64,000 nt of DNA from assembly GCA_965112735.1 (NCBI GenBank), contig OZ218958.1:3410001-3474000 (forward strand), in the 5' to 3' direction. The notes below the pieces were generated by a model that was not told the origin of the DNA, made no database searches, and saw only the letters and a list, made by a program, of their open reading frames with translations. Below are positions 27,001 through 39,464 of the stretch, piece by piece (position 1 is the stretch's first letter; each line of letters begins with the position of its first letter). The translations under genes were made by a program, and so were the position numbers. This DNA is from Phaeosaccion multiseriatum (lineage: Eukaryota; Protista; Ochrophyta, other classes).

Positions 27001-28505
27001 GCAGTATGGCTTTCACGAGGAGAGCAAAACGGCCACACTGGAGCTGCTGGAGCAGGTGGGAGGGAAGGAAGGAAGGAAGAAAGGCTCACTCACTCACTTG
27101 CTCACGCCCACACGCCCACACGCCCTCACTCCCTCCCTCACTCACACACGCACTCACTCACACACTCATGCACTCCCTCCCTCCCTCACCCCACTTACCC
27201 ACCCACCCACCCACTCACGCACCCACCCACGCACGCACCCACCCACTGACTTATGCAGGTGTGCAGGGGTGGCGACACGGAGGGGGCGCGTCTCCTTCTG
27301 CAGAGTGACTTCACCGCAGACTTCCTCACGCCCAACATCCTCCTGGAGGCCGGCAAGGCGCCCATCTGGTGCCTTCTTCTGGCCATTGAGCTCGGCCGCA
27401 CCGAGATTCTCGAGGCTATGCTTCTGTCGGGCAGGGTGGGGGGGGCCAATGAGGAGGGCAGAAGGGACCTCTGCCATGTCAGCGACACGTGTCAGGACAA
27501 CGGGCAGCCCGGCGTGGCCGCGGGGAGTGAGGGCGCGGGGAGCGAGGAGGGGCCGGGTGCGGGGGGGGGTGAGGAGGGTGCGAAGCGAAGGGGGAAGGCG
27601 ATGAGCCGGGAAGGAGGAGGAGGAGGAGGAGGAGGAGGAGGAGGAGGAGGAGGAGGAGGAGGAGGAGGAGAAGGCAAGGGGGACATTGCCCATACGACAC
27701 CGCTGCATTTCCTGGCCTCGAAGCGGCCTGAGCTGAGCTCTACGGCGGGGAGGAAGAGGCCCCTGAGTCGGCAGCAAGATGCCGAAGATGCCAGACAAGT
27801 TCAGATGCTTGAGCTGTTGATGCAGCACGGGGCCAGCGCGGTCAAGTGTCCGCAGGGAGAGAGGGCGTCGCCATTTGTGCTGGCCACAGAGCGGAGGGAC
27901 GAAAAGTTTGTGAGTGCGAGGAGCGAGGAGAGGAGCAAGGGAGGGAGAAGGAAGGAAGGAAGGAAGGGAGAGAGTTTTACAGTCCTGGCGCTCCCTCTTT
28001 GCCTCACTCTCTCACGTACACACACACACTCACACTCACACTCACACTCACTCTCTCTGCTCCTCTCCTCGTTCGCCTTTCCCCGCGCCACTCTGCTGCT
28101 TGCTTGCTTGCTTGTGATCCCGTGTGTCTCTGTGTGTGTGTGTGTGTGCGTGTGTGTGTGTGTGTGTGCGTGTGCAGATGAAAGTGATGATTGACAACGG
28201 CGCATGCCCTTCTGGAGACCCTCACGCAAGGGACGCGATCAGCCCCCTCTCCAGCATCATCATGAAGCTCTCTATGGTATGCAAGTGGGTGTGTGTGCGT
28301 GTATGTGTGTGTGTGTGTGTATGTGTGTGCTTGTGTGGCTGCGTGTGTGTGCGTGTGTGTGTGCGTGTGTGTGTTTGCCTCTCTCTTCCGTCAAGACACT
28401 CAGACCACGCGCAGTGACACTCGGGCGTTTTGTAGAGGGACAAGAGGAGCAGCCGCTGTCCTGTGCGTGTGTGTTTGGGGTGCGTGGGTGTGAGGGAGAA
28501 GAAAA

Positions 28506-28565
<60 letters not shown>

Positions 28566-31500
28566 TGTGTGTGTGTGTGTGAGGGAGAAGAGCAGCAGCG
28601 GGGCGGCTCACGGTCTCCGATGAAGCACCGTTACCGTTACCGTTACCGTTACCGTTACCGTTGCTGCGCTGTGCGCCCCGCACCCCTCACACCGCCTCTC
28701 CTCTCCTCTCCTCTCCTCTCCCCTCCTCTCCTCTCCTCTCCCCTCCTCTCCTCTCCTCTCCTCTCCCCTCCTCTCCTCTCCTCTCCCCTCCTCTCCTTTC
28801 CCCTCCTCTCCTCTCCTCTCCTCTCCTCTCCCCTCCTCTCCTCTGCTCTGCTCTCCTCTCCTCTCCTCTCCTCTTAGAACTACCTGAGCAAGGAGGGGTC
28901 GCGGAACGGATTTAAGGCCTCGGTACGTTGCACGTCCCTTGCATGCGGGATGGCAGCGGATGGCAATGGATGGCAGTGGATTCATGAGCACCCGCCTCCC
29001 CACCCCACACCGCCCCCTCCCTTCCACTGCCATCCTCCCATACTCCTCTCTCCTTGCATCCGCAGCCCCTGACCACCCCCCCTCCCCCCTCCTCATCCAC
29101 TGCCATCTATCCACTGTCCTCCATGCCCCCACCCCACAGCGCGAGTACGAGCAGGAGGAAGAACGCTGGTACGCAACGCTCAATTGGCTCGGCGGACACA
29201 CACACAAACCACCAGACAACCCCACGCTGGGTGGCATTGTGTACTCTGAGTTCGGCTTTGATTGGCCAATTGAGGCATGTATATGGCCACTTCTCAAGAC
29301 GGGACAGTACATCTGGGTAAGTGAGTGGGGAGGGAGGGGCGCAGGGAGGGGTGAGTGGGGAGGGGAGGGAGATATATGCAGGGAGGGAGGGAGGCAGGCA
29401 GGCATGCAGGAAGGGAGGGAGGAAGGGAGGGAGAGAGGGGGGGAGGGAGGGAGGGACACAAGCGGTGGACGCGATGGATCTTGAACCTTACACACAACTG
29501 CCCATGCGCCTGCCTGCCTCTGCCCCTCTCCTCTCCCGCTCCTCTGCCCCTCCCCCCTCCCTCCACCCCTCTATCCCCCCCCCCCTGCAGCTCGAATCCC
29601 TGCTGGGGGCCGGAGCAGATCCCAACACTCGGTCGTGCAGGGGCTGGCCTCCCCTGTGCGAGGCAGCGCACCGTCAGCATAAGGAGGTGCTGGAGAGGTT
29701 GCTCCACTACGGCGCCAACCCAAACAGCACCGGTGAGGAAGGAAGAAGGGAGGGAGGGAGGGAGGGAGGAAGGGAAGGAGGGAGGGAGGGAGGAGGGAAG
29801 GAAGGAGGGATGGAAGGAAGAGGAAGAGAGGAAGAGAGGAAGAGAGGAAGGAAGGACGTGGAAGGAAGGAAGGAGGGACGGAAGGAAGGAAGGAAGGACG
29901 TGGAAGGAGGGACGGAAGGAAGGATGGAAGGAAAGGAAGGGTCAGAAGGAAGCAAAGACGGCATGAGGGAGGGATTCCAGTGAGGGAATGTGTGGATGGT
30001 AGTGGACGGGGCGAGGAGGCGGTAGATAGGCTCTCAGAGTAATGCAACATGAGGTGTGTGGTCGATATGTAACTCTGTGTAAACCTATTCTATGGCCGAA
30101 CAGTAGGGAGCTCATTGCTGCTCATCGCAGTCAGTCAGTCAGTCAGTCAGTCAGTCAGTCAGTCAGTCATCGCTCCGTTCTGCTTTCTGTGCGCCTCTTG
30201 CTACTTCTGTGCACTGCGGAGAAGAAGGGGCTGCTTTGCTTTGCTTTGCTTTGTCAGCGCAACCAACGAGAACCCATGTAGTTGTTTCCTGACCGCGCCC
30301 GTTTCGTCCGTGCCCCCTCCCCCCTTCCCTCCTCCCTGCTCCTCCTCCTCCTCCTCCTCCTCCTCCTCCTCCCTCCTGCCCTCTTCCCTCCTCTCCCCTT
30401 CCCCAGTACCACATGGCCCTGTATACACGGACCACACGCCCCTGATGCTCCTCCTCACGCAGCATCAGCACACTCCGGAGCTTGTGGAGCTGCTGCTTGA
30501 CCATAAGGCCGACCCGAGCGTTTGTCTGGACGGACAGGATAGGCCAGAGTGTCTTAAGCTGGTAAGGGATGGCAGTGGATGGGGGGGGCAGGGGGGAGGG
30601 GAGGTACAGAAGAGTAGAGGGATGGCAGTGGATGGGAGGGGCAGTGCGCACCCCTACCCACACACGCACCCACGCACTTGCTCACTTGCTTGCTTGCTTA
30701 CAGGCCCGAAAACTGTCCAAGGCCCCTGGCTACATGGGGTCTTCTCAGCTTAAAATCTGCAAGATTCTCGAGAAGCGCTGCAAGGAGCGTAAGGAGGAGA
30801 ATGACAAGAAGGAGGCACGCAGAAGGTGAGGCAGTGAGGCTGTGAGGGAGTGAGGCAGTGAGTTGGTCAGTCAGTGAGGGAGTGAGGGAGTGAAGCAGTC
30901 AGGGAGTGAGGCAGTGAGGCAGTGAGGCAGTGAGGCAGTGAGGCAGTGAGGCAGTGAGGCAGTGAGGCAGTGAGGCAGTGAGGGAGTGAAGCAGTGAGGC
31001 AGTGAGGGAGTGAGGAAGTAAGGGAGTGAGGCAGTGAGGGAGTGAGGTAGTGGGGCAGTGAGGCAGTGAGGCAGTGAGGCAGTGAGGCAGTGAGGAAGTG
31101 AAGCAGTCAGGCAGTCAGGCAGTCAGGCAGTCAGGCAGTGGGGCAGTGAGGCAGTGAGGCAGTGAGGCAGTGAGGCAGTGATGCAGTGAGGCAGTAAGGC
31201 AGTGAGGCAGTGAGGGAGTGAGGCAGTCATGCAGTCATGCAGGGAGGGAGGGAGGCAGTGAGGCAGTCAGTCAGGCTATTGGTGCGCAAATTGAGTGGCG
31301 TATAGTGGGAGGGGAGGGACGGCTTAGGTCGGGGCGGGTCAGATTGAGCGAGCCTCGCTTTGGGTTGGGCTTGGGTTTGGATTGCTTAGGGTTGGGCTTG
31401 GGTTTGGATTGCTTAGGGTTGGGCTTGGGTTTGGATTGCTTAGGGTTGGGCTTGGGTTTGGATTGCTTAGGGTTGGGCTTGGGGTTTGGATTGCTTAGGG

Positions 31501-34500
31501 TTGGGCTTGGGTTTGGATTGCTTAGGGTTGGGCTTGGGTTTGGATTGCTTAGGGTTGGGCTTGGGTTTGGATTGCTTAGGGTTGGGCTTGGGGTTTGGAT
31601 TGCTTAGGGTTGGGCTTGGGTTTGGATTGCTTAGGGTTGGGCTTGCTTTGGTTTGTTGGCACCTTCATCTGCTCCCTCTCCACTCCTCTCATCTCCTCGC
31701 ATCTCGCCTCCGCGGTTTCGTCGGTTTCGTGTATGTGTCCTCTCCCCCCCCCCCCCTCCCCCTTTGGACGCGACGCAGGGAGGTGGAGCGCGGGGTGGAG
31801 AAGACGATGAAGGAGAGGGCGGCCGCAGAGGAAGCGGTGCTGAGAGCAGAGAGGGAGGTAGAGGAGGCACTGAGAGACGCAAGGGCAAGGCAGGCGGAGA
31901 GGGAGCTTCTTGACGGGCTGCAGGAGGAGGAGGACAGCAAGAGGGAGAGGGAGAGGGAGAAGGACAAAGAGGTGTGTGTGTTTGGGTGGAGGGTGGGGAT
32001 GGCGTGGAGCAGGGGGGTGGGAGGTGAATGGGGAGTGTGTGCTGTGCGGTGCGTGTGCAGGTGTAGGTGTGGATGTGGGTAAGTGTGTCAGAGCAACAGG
32101 GACCTAACCGTGCCTTTTCACTCTCCCTCTCCCTCCACCTCCCTCTTCCTCCCCTCTCTTCTCTCTCTCTCCCCCCCTCTCCTCTCTCTCCCCCTCCCAT
32201 ATTTCTTGCCTGGTCCTCCACCCCCCTGCCCCCCCCCCCCGCCCCGCCGCGTGTGTTGTGTGTGCGCACTCAGATCAAGACGAGCGCCAAGGGCAAGGGA
32301 GGGAAGGGAGGGAAGGGGGGCAAGGGGGGTAAGGGGAACAAGGGGAACAAGGGGGGGGGCGGAGGAGCCAAGGCCAGAGCAGAGGCTGCAGCGAGGGCAT
32401 TGGCAGAGAGGAACGACTCCAAAGCGAAGGAGCAGGAGCTTCTCGACGCCATGACGGCCAAAGAGACCAAGCAGCAGCAGTATATACAGCAGCAGGAGCA
32501 GAGGCAGCAGGAGCAGAGGCAGCATGAGCAGAGGCAGCAGGAGCGGCAGCAGCAGGAGCAGCAACAGAAGCAGGAGCAGGAACAGCAGCAGAAGCAGGAG
32601 AAGCCACAAGAGCAGCAGCTGCAGCAGGAGCAGCAGAAGAAGCAGAAGCAGAAGCAGAAGCAGGAGCAGAAGGGGAATGGCAGACCGCAGGCCCCGCCAG
32701 TTGCTGGTGTATCACCAACCGCTTCAGCGCCACCTCGCCTGCCCCTTCCCACACACGCCGCAGTAGAAGGAGGAGAGGACGCGTGTTTGCCATCTGAGGC
32801 TCCATCTGCTGCTGCACCACCAACTGCTACAGATGGAGAGGGCTCTTACTGGTACGACCTCAAGACCGCGAACGGCCTCATCCTTGCCAAGGACTGGAGT
32901 GGCGCCATCGAGCTCCTGAGCAGGTATGTAACCTTACGTATGTATGTAACCTGATTACGTAATGCTGCGTACGTAAGCCCGGTCAGTCCTCGCATCCAGT
33001 AGGGCGTCAGGCATCAGTATGTCAGCAAGAGCGTGGCTCCGGCACTGGCACTGAGCACTGGCAGGAAAGGACAGAGGACAGAGTGGAGAGGACATGTCTG
33101 CTCTATGGCGTGCCTCTCTCTCTCTTCTCTCTCTGACTTGGCTCATTCGCCGCCTCCCTCGTCTCATGTGCTGTAAAGTACCACAGCGTCCCTACTCTCT
33201 CACCATCCCGCCCTCCCTCCTCCCCCTCCCTCCCTCCTTCGCAAGGATCATTGACGAGCACGATCCTTCTGTGGAGGCGCACAACAACCGAGCTCTTTGT
33301 TGGCTCAGCCTCCCCGACCCGCAGCCGCTCAACGCCCTCCAGGACACTTCCTACGTGCTCGACAGAGAGGGGGGCAATATCAAGGCGGTGTTCAGACAGG
33401 CAGAGGCGAGGCTCCTGTCAGGGCAGAGCGAGCTTGCCTGCCTGGGGTATACAGCGGTGTTGGGGAGGGAGCCCGGGCATCCGGCGGCGATGGAAGGGAG
33501 GATGAAAGCGGCGAGGCAGGCGGAGAGGGCCAATCGTGAGGAGATGGAGAGGGAGAAGGAGAAGGAGAGGGAGAGAAAGATGGAGATGGCGGAGGCGGAG
33601 GAGGAGCAGAAGGAAGAGAAGGAGGAGGACGAGGACAAGGAGGAGGAGAAGGAGCGGGATAAGGAGAGGGAGAGAGAGAGGGAGAGGGAAAGAGCCCAGC
33701 TGGAGGTGGAGCAGAGGGAAAGGGAGGAGGAGGACGAGGACAAGGAGGAGGAGAAGGAGCGGGATAAGGAGAGGGAGAGAGAGAGGGAGAGAGAGAGGGA
33801 GAGGGAAAGAGCCCAGCTGGAGGTGGAGCAGAGGGAAAGGGAGGAGGAGCAGCGGGAAAGGGAGAGGGCCGATCTGGACAGGCAGCGGGCAGAGAAGCAG
33901 CGGGAGAGGGAGAGAACGAGAGAGAGAGCCAATCTGGAGAAGCAACGGAAGCAGGAGCAGCAGCAGGAGGAGCGGCGGGAGAGGGAGCGCGAGAGAGCCC
34001 TCCAGGTGAAACGACAGAAGCAGTTGGTGATCAAGCAGCAGTTTGAGCAGCGGAAGCGGGAGCGGGAGCAGCAGCAACAGCAGCAGCGAGAGCAGCAGCA
34101 ACAGCAGCAGCGAGAGCAGCAGAAGCAGAAGAAGCAGCAGCAGCAGCAGCAGCAGAAGCAGCAGAAGCAGCAGAAGCAGAAGCAGCAGCAGAAGCCGAAG
34201 CACCAACAGGCGCAGGAACAGAGAGAGGCGGCTCGTGTGGAGGCCCCGGGGGGCGAGCACGGCGTGGAGGGGAAGGTGGAGGAGAAGGCGGAGGTCGACG
34301 CCATGCAGAGCCTTTTCCACTTACAGATGCAGATCGGCCATTTGCAGCAGGAACAGTTGATGATACAGCAGCAGCAGCAGCAGTTGGTGATACAGCAGCA
34401 GCAGCAGCAGCAGCAGGAGGAGGAGCAGGAGCACGTGCAGGACTACGCTCCCAAGCCGCCCGACACACACACGGGCCTGGGGCTCACGGGGTTTGGAGGG

Positions 34501-35076
34501 GTAGACCTTGGGCTCGGATCAGCATCAGGCCTGGGGCCAGACTTTCCTCTGCAGCTGCAGGACCTCGAGGGCCTACAGGAGAAGCAGTCGGTGATGCAGG
34601 ATGTGGAGCAGTTGGTGATGCAGGGAGACGACTTCGACCACCACCTGCAGACCTTCATCAGCTCGGGGCAGGGCATGGCAGTGGAGGGTGAGGGGCAGTC
34701 ATATGGGCAGGGGCAGTGCATGGGGCAGGGGCAGGGGTCAGGCCAGTCATATGGGCAGAAGGAGGAGAAGTGGCAGCAGCAGGACCTGTGGCAGACGCCT
34801 CAGCAGATGGTGGGGGCTTTGTTCCGCGATCTGGGGATGGAGGAACAGCAGCGGCAGCCGCAGCAGCCGCAGCAGGACGAGCAGCGGGGCCGGGGAGGAG
34901 GAGAAGGAGGACGACGAGGAGGAGGACGAGGACGAGGAGGAGGAGGGGGAGGAGGAGGAGGAGACGCTTTCTCGCCGCCGGACTTGTACACCGGTCCAGG
35001 GCCCCTCCACGAGGAGCAAGGCTCCCATGAGAGCCTGCCGCATCACCAGCACCAGCAGTTGGTGATACAGCCGCAT

Positions 35077-35116
<40 letters not shown>

Positions 35117-35523
35117 TGGGCCACTTCCCGGGGCCCATGCCAGAGATGGACTGGGGCGCCCCCAGCCCGTCAGACCCAAGGTACGACCGGCGCCAGCCAC
35201 AGCGCCAGGAGCAGCAGCAACACCAGCAGCAGCGGCGGCGGCGGCAGGGAGAGGGGCAGGGAGAGGGGGGGTGGGCAGCATCATCATCATCAGGGGCAGA
35301 AGCAAGGAGAGGGGCAGGCGGGACGGAAGGAGGCGCGTACGCCCCCGGGGCTGGCCTCCCCCCCGGGGCTGGCCTCCCCCCCGGGGCTGACCTTCCGCCG
35401 CACTACATGGGCTCCGGGCTCGGGCAAGGGGCGCCACAAGCCTCACATACACATGCACATACACATGCACATGCACATGCTCCTTCCTCCTCTTCTTCCT
35501 GGAGGGGGGGGGTGAAGCGTTGA
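24072..35523 (+). CDS. Large multi-exon (~13 exons) ankyrin-repeat + TPR protein with a coiled-coil, Q-rich C-terminus
   Basis: Ankyrin segments include TPLHFLA...[30 protein letters not shown]...LLHYGANPN and TPLMLLL...LLDHKADP. The TPR segment is [11 protein letters not shown]...[10 protein letters not shown]...[10 protein letters not shown]. Exact exon boundaries are approximate. Confidence 0.75.
30827..31265. repeat. 8-bp tandem repeat (GTGAGGCA)n starting at the intron donor
   Basis: Seen directly in the sequence. Confidence 0.95.
31360..31645. repeat. 27-bp G/T-rich minisatellite TTGGGTTTGGATTGCTTAGGGTTGGGC, ~10 copies
   Basis: Seen directly in the sequence. Confidence 0.95.
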
Positions 35524-35863
35524 AGCGAAGCCGTGGGGCACTTCCCCCCCCTTCCCCTCGCCCCTTTTGCCGGGAAAGTACAGTAGAGACGATCTTTTTG
35601 GAGGGCAGGAGCGGCGGCAGTTGGTGATATGATATTACGGCTGGTATTGTAGCTTAGCTCTTTAGTTTCTCTTCGTATCCTTGGCGCCAAGTACAGTAGC
35701 GCGGGTTGTGCTCTAATTGTCTCCAAATGTGACCTCTAGGTTCTTATGTAATTTCTATCTGACTCACTCCCTACCATCGCTACATAGCGGAGAAGGCCGG
35801 GGAAGGGGGACGCGGCGAAGAAGACCCTTCGTTCACCCCCCTCCCTCAGCCTAGAGCTACTCA

Positions 35864-36889
35864 TCATGCAAGCAATTGCACGAACTCGGCGTTCTTGAGC
35901 TCGGCGATCTTTCTGTTCGCGAGCCAGTACTCCGGCACTAGAGGGTCTTTGTACTCGTTTGCAGTATATCCATAGCCTGTGTACTCGTAAAAGAAGCCCT
36001 GCGTCTGATAGAGGTAGGCCCTGAGCTCGCAACCCGAAATCCCCGTCTCTTTTGTGGACAAGAAGGCCTCCTCTGCCGGGCAGTCCGCGTCAATCGAATA
36101 GAGGGGCGAATCAGCATCTTGTCCCGTGCAGTCCTCAGGCTCGAAGCGCAGCAAGGCATCTTGAAAGCACTGACCACACATCGATGCATCGACCCCGTCT
36201 GGACTCCAGACAGGCATACTAGTGCAGTCGGTGCCCCCCTCGAAACTCTCCTCGGTCAAGGCCACAACGGCGTCGTTCACATCGGGCGCCAAATCGCCGT
36301 ATATTGTCTTTAAGGTGTTGTCCAAGTGCGACCAGTAGCCTCTGTGCGCATCGTCCGGTTTCTCAAAGACGAGGACGTAGTAGTCGTTGTCCCCCAGCGT
36401 CGGGTTGTCGCCGTATCCAATCGTTTCGAGCAGGGAGACTGTGTCGTACTGGCCGAAGACGAGCGCTTTCTCAAGCAGCTCCCTGCCGGCGACGAACGCA
36501 ATCCTTCTCCCGCGACCGGCCCACTTCAAATCCACGGGGAGTTCCCCCCCACTGGACACCGAGATCACGGCACCCATCAAGTTATCGCCCACGCATGCCG
36601 GGTGGTCGAGAATGGCGTCCTCGCCTTGGTGCGTCGACGAGAGCGCATCGATGAAGGCATCCACGGTGCAGAGGCAGTCCTCGGGGCACACAAAGCCTCC
36701 ATCCCTGCCCAGCTTAGAGACGTACAGGCCCGTCATGACCGATCCCCAGACTGCGAGGCCCAGGCAGAGGCAGCAAAGCATCGCCGCAGCAACTGGGGTG
36801 CCAAATCCCTTTGGACCCTTTGCGGTGTTCTGCACTTCCTCGCTCCATACCTGTTTCTCGACACTAACGCCTTTCAAGTCCGTCATCAT
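35864..36889 (-). CDS. Intronless 341-aa hypothetical protein with an N-terminal TM anchor and a Cys-containing acidic ectodomain
   Basis: Clean, non-repetitive ORF with the hydrophobic segment VAAAMLCCLCLGLAVWGSVMTGLYV. Confidence 0.8.
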   Translation of the reverse strand: MMTDLKGVSVEKQVWSEEVQNTAKGPKGFGTPVAAAMLCCLCLGLAVWGSVMTGLYVSKLGRDGGFVCPEDCLCTVDAFIDALSSTHQGEDAILDHPACVGDNLMGAVISVSSGGELPVDLKWAGRGRRIAFVAGRELLEKALVFGQYDTVSLLETIGYGDNPTLGDNDYYVLVFEKPDDAHRGYWSHLDNTLKTIYGDLAPDVNDAVVALTEESFEGGTDCTSMPVWSPDGVDASMCGQCFQDALLRFEPEDCTGQDADSPLYSIDADCPAEEAFLSTKETGISGCELRAYLYQTQGFFYEYTGYGYTANEYKDPLVPEYWLANRKIAELKNAEFVQLLA

Positions 36890-37221
36890 CGCAGTGCTCT
36901 CTCGGTCTCTAAACCACTTGCTCTAAACCCTTGTTTGGCTGTAGTGCAGAGGTAGTAGCGGCCGCAGGAGGATCAATGAGGAAATGTATACCCTCGTGAG
37001 CAGCTTTTGCGTGGAGGGGGGTACAATAATAATTTGGAGGGAAATGGTCATGGTAGCTTCAACCTAATCATTACGTAAGAGTGCGTCGTCTGGTCTGTGC
37101 CATCCCGACAGCAACGAGTGTCTAGTCTCCTCGCACTTCCTCCTCTGTTCCGCCATGGGTCTCCGAGCCGCCATGAGTCTCCGAGTCACGTCTGCCGATT
37201 GCCGCTACCTTGTCCGCCAGT

Positions 37222-37530
37222 TGCCGCCCCAAAGCTTCCTCAGTTTGGAGAGTGGGAGGTGTCGGGCAGCGGCAGACGGTGGCAGCCTTCGTGGACTCTC
37301 TCTTGGCGTGAGCGAGTCGAGGCTTGGGCCTGCAGACACACTGAGAGCAGGCAGGCAGTGTGGATGAGAGAGATAGTTCAAGAAGGCACTTAGCTGTCGC
37401 ACCGCAGCCGAAGAGAGGAATGGAGGGGGTGGGGGGGCGGGTAAGATGGCAGGGCTCACTGTCGCCTCCGCTCCCGCGGACCCATGCGGTTGGACCACTG
37501 TCGAAATCTGCACGGGACATTCTAGTAGGC
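37222..37530. repeat. Duplicated ~300-bp 3' flank of the FNIP genes (paralog at ~44204-44492)
   Basis: GCCGCCCCAAAGCTTCCTCA...GGGAGGTGTCGGGCAGCGGCAGACGGTGGCAGCCTTCGTGGACTCTCTCTTGGC...GCTGTCGCACCGCAGC and CATTCTAGTAGG occur at both loci. Confidence 0.9.
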
Positions 37531-37550
37531 TTGAAAAATAGTGATTAATT

Positions 37551-39464
37551 CTACTTAGTGATATGGTGTACCTGAAGCCCCTCGGGTAGATCTGCAGGCA
37601 GCGGGTACCCCACCCCCACCGTAAGCTTCTTCAGCCCAGCAGGTAGGCTCTCCAGAGGGCAGGAATATTGAGGGCTCAGCACAAGGGTCCGCAGAGAGGG
37701 AGGGAGGTCCAGGGGGAGGTCAAAGTCAGCCCCCATGAGCACCTCCTCTACACCATTGGGAAGGACCACGTGCTGATTGAATCCACGTCCAAAAAAGACC
37801 ATCTTCAACGAGGAAGGGAGAACGATTGGGCTGTTGAACTGTGAGTTGAATGAAAAATACAGCACCTCCAGAGAGCTTGGTAACACCAAATCAGCCTGAT
37901 CGAATCCACCTCCAAAAGTGACCTTCATCAGTGAGGAAGGGAGAGCGATTGGTCTGTTGAACAATGAGTGCTCTGAAAACTCCAACTCCTCCAGAGAGAT
38001 TGGCAACACCAAATCAGCCTGATCGAAGCCTCTTCCAAAAGTGACCTTCTTCAGCGAGGAAGGGAGAGCGATTGGCCTGTTGAACACAGAGATAGCTGAA
38101 AACCTCAGCTCCTCCAGAGAGCTTGGTAGCACCAAATCAGCCGGATCGAAGTGATATCCAAAAGTGAACTTCTTCAGCGAGGAAGGGAGAACGATAGGCC
38201 AGTTGAGCACTGAGTTCTCTGAAAAGCCCAGCTCCTCCAGACAGCTTGGTAACACCAAATCAGCCTGATTGAAGGCTTTTCCAAAAGTGACCTTCTTCAG
38301 CGAGGAAGGGAGATCGATTGGGCTGTTGAACCCTGCGCCACCTGAAAACTTCAGCTCCTCCAGACAGCTTGGTAGCAACAAATCAGCCTGATTGAAGTAA
38401 TATCCAAAGGTGACCTTCTTCAGCGAGGAAGGGAGCACGATTGGCCTGTTGAACCTTGAGTACTCTAAAAACTCCAGCTCCTCCAGAGAGCTTGGTAATA
38501 CCAAATCAGCCTGATCGAATACACCTCCAAAAGTGACCCTCTTCAGCGAGGAAGGGAGAACGATAGGCCTGTTGAGCACTGACCACATTGAAAATTCCAA
38601 CTCCTCCAGAGAGCTTGGTAGCACCAAATCAGCCTGATTGAAGTGTTCTCCAAAAGTGACCTTCTTCAGCGAGGAAGGGAGAGCGATTGGCCTGTTGAAC
38701 CTTGAGTTCCATGAAAACTCCAGCTCCTCCAGAGAGCTTGGTAGCACCAAATCAGCCTGATCGAAACATTCTCCAAAAGTGACCTTCTTCAGCGAGGGGG
38801 GGAGAACGATTGGCCTGTTGAACTCTGAATCCTCTGAAAACCTCAGCTCCTCCAGAGAGCTTGGTAGCACCAAATCAGCCCGATCGAAGTGATATCCAAA
38901 AGTGACCTTCTTCAGCGAGGAAGGGAGATCGATTGGCCTGTTGAACTCTGAGTCCTCTGAAAACCTCAGCTCCTCCAGAGAGCTTGGTAGCACCAAGTCC
39001 GCCTCATTAAAGCCGTTAGGCAGCTCCACCCGCTTGACTGAAGGGGGTAGCACGGCCAACACTCCCGACACACTCACAGCCAGGGTATAGTCGTCAAAGC
39101 GCACAGCTTTGACATGAAATGACCTCTCCTGCCCGGGCAGCCCGGCATCATGATCCGGTCTCTGCTGCTGCTGCTGCTGCCGCTTCAGCATGTCAAGGAG
39201 ACGCTGCTGAGTATCACCCGGGATAGCGGCCCTGAAGACCAAAGTGCGAGAGGTAACCTCGTCAACGTCTCCGTGAATGCCCCATAGGTCCTTGCTCGAC
39301 ATTTCTCCCGCCATTATGGTCAAGGCGGCTACTGCGACTCTACTACCCTCCGAGACAGCAGCCGCAGTAGCCGCAGCAGGGTCTCCCAAGGACAGCAGAG
39401 CGGAGCCCGCCGTGCTCGATCCCCCGCTCCCCGTCCCCGCGCTCTCGCCATGTTCCGCCTCCAT
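37551..39464 (-). CDS. Intronless FNIP-repeat (LRR-like) protein, 637 aa, with ten 41-aa (123-bp) bipartite units; possible degenerate F-box-like N-terminal segment
   Basis: Repeating LPSSLEELxFSxxSxFNRPIx-LPSSLKKVTFGxxF(D/N)QADLV with a DNA period of 123 bp (anchor CCAAA.GTGA at 37912, 38035, 38158 ... 38896). Confidence 0.9.
   Translation of the reverse strand: MEAEHGESAGTGSGGSSTAGSALLSLGDPAAATAAAVSEGSRVAVAALTIMAGEMSSKDLWGIHGDVDEVTSRTLVFRAAIPGDTQQRLLDMLKRQQQQQQRPDHDAGLPGQERSFHVKAVRFDDYTLAVSVSGVLAVLPPSVKRVELPNGFNEADLVLPSSLEELRFSEDSEFNRPIDLPSSLKKVTFGYHFDRADLVLPSSLEELRFSEDSEFNRPIVLPPSLKKVTFGECFDQADLVLPSSLEELEFSWNSRFNRPIALPSSLKKVTFGEHFNQADLVLPSSLEELEFSMWSVLNRPIVLPSSLKRVTFGGVFDQADLVLPSSLEELEFLEYSRFNRPIVLPSSLKKVTFGYYFNQADLLLPSCLEELKFSGGAGFNSPIDLPSSLKKVTFGKAFNQADLVLPSCLEELGFSENSVLNWPIVLPSSLKKFTFGYHFDPADLVLPSSLEELRFSAISVFNRPIALPSSLKKVTFGRGFDQADLVLPISLEELEFSEHSLFNRPIALPSSLMKVTFGGGFDQADLVLPSSLEVLYFSFNSQFNSPIVLPSSLKMVFFGRGFNQHVVLPNGVEEVLMGADFDLPLDLPPSLRTLVLSPQYSCPLESLPAGLKKLTVGVGYPLPADLPEGLQVHHITK

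Noticed and set aside
31360-31645. True telomere or chromosome end
   Set aside because: TTAGGG occurs once per 27-bp unit, inside an intron with coding exons on both sides.
37790-39000. Diversity-generating retroelement explanation for the NNC/NNG variable codons
   Set aside because: No reverse transcriptase or invariant template repeat is present in the window. Many adenine-rich codons (AAG AAG, AAC, GAG GAG) stay constant. Positive selection plus conversion is simpler, though a trans-acting mechanism is not excluded.
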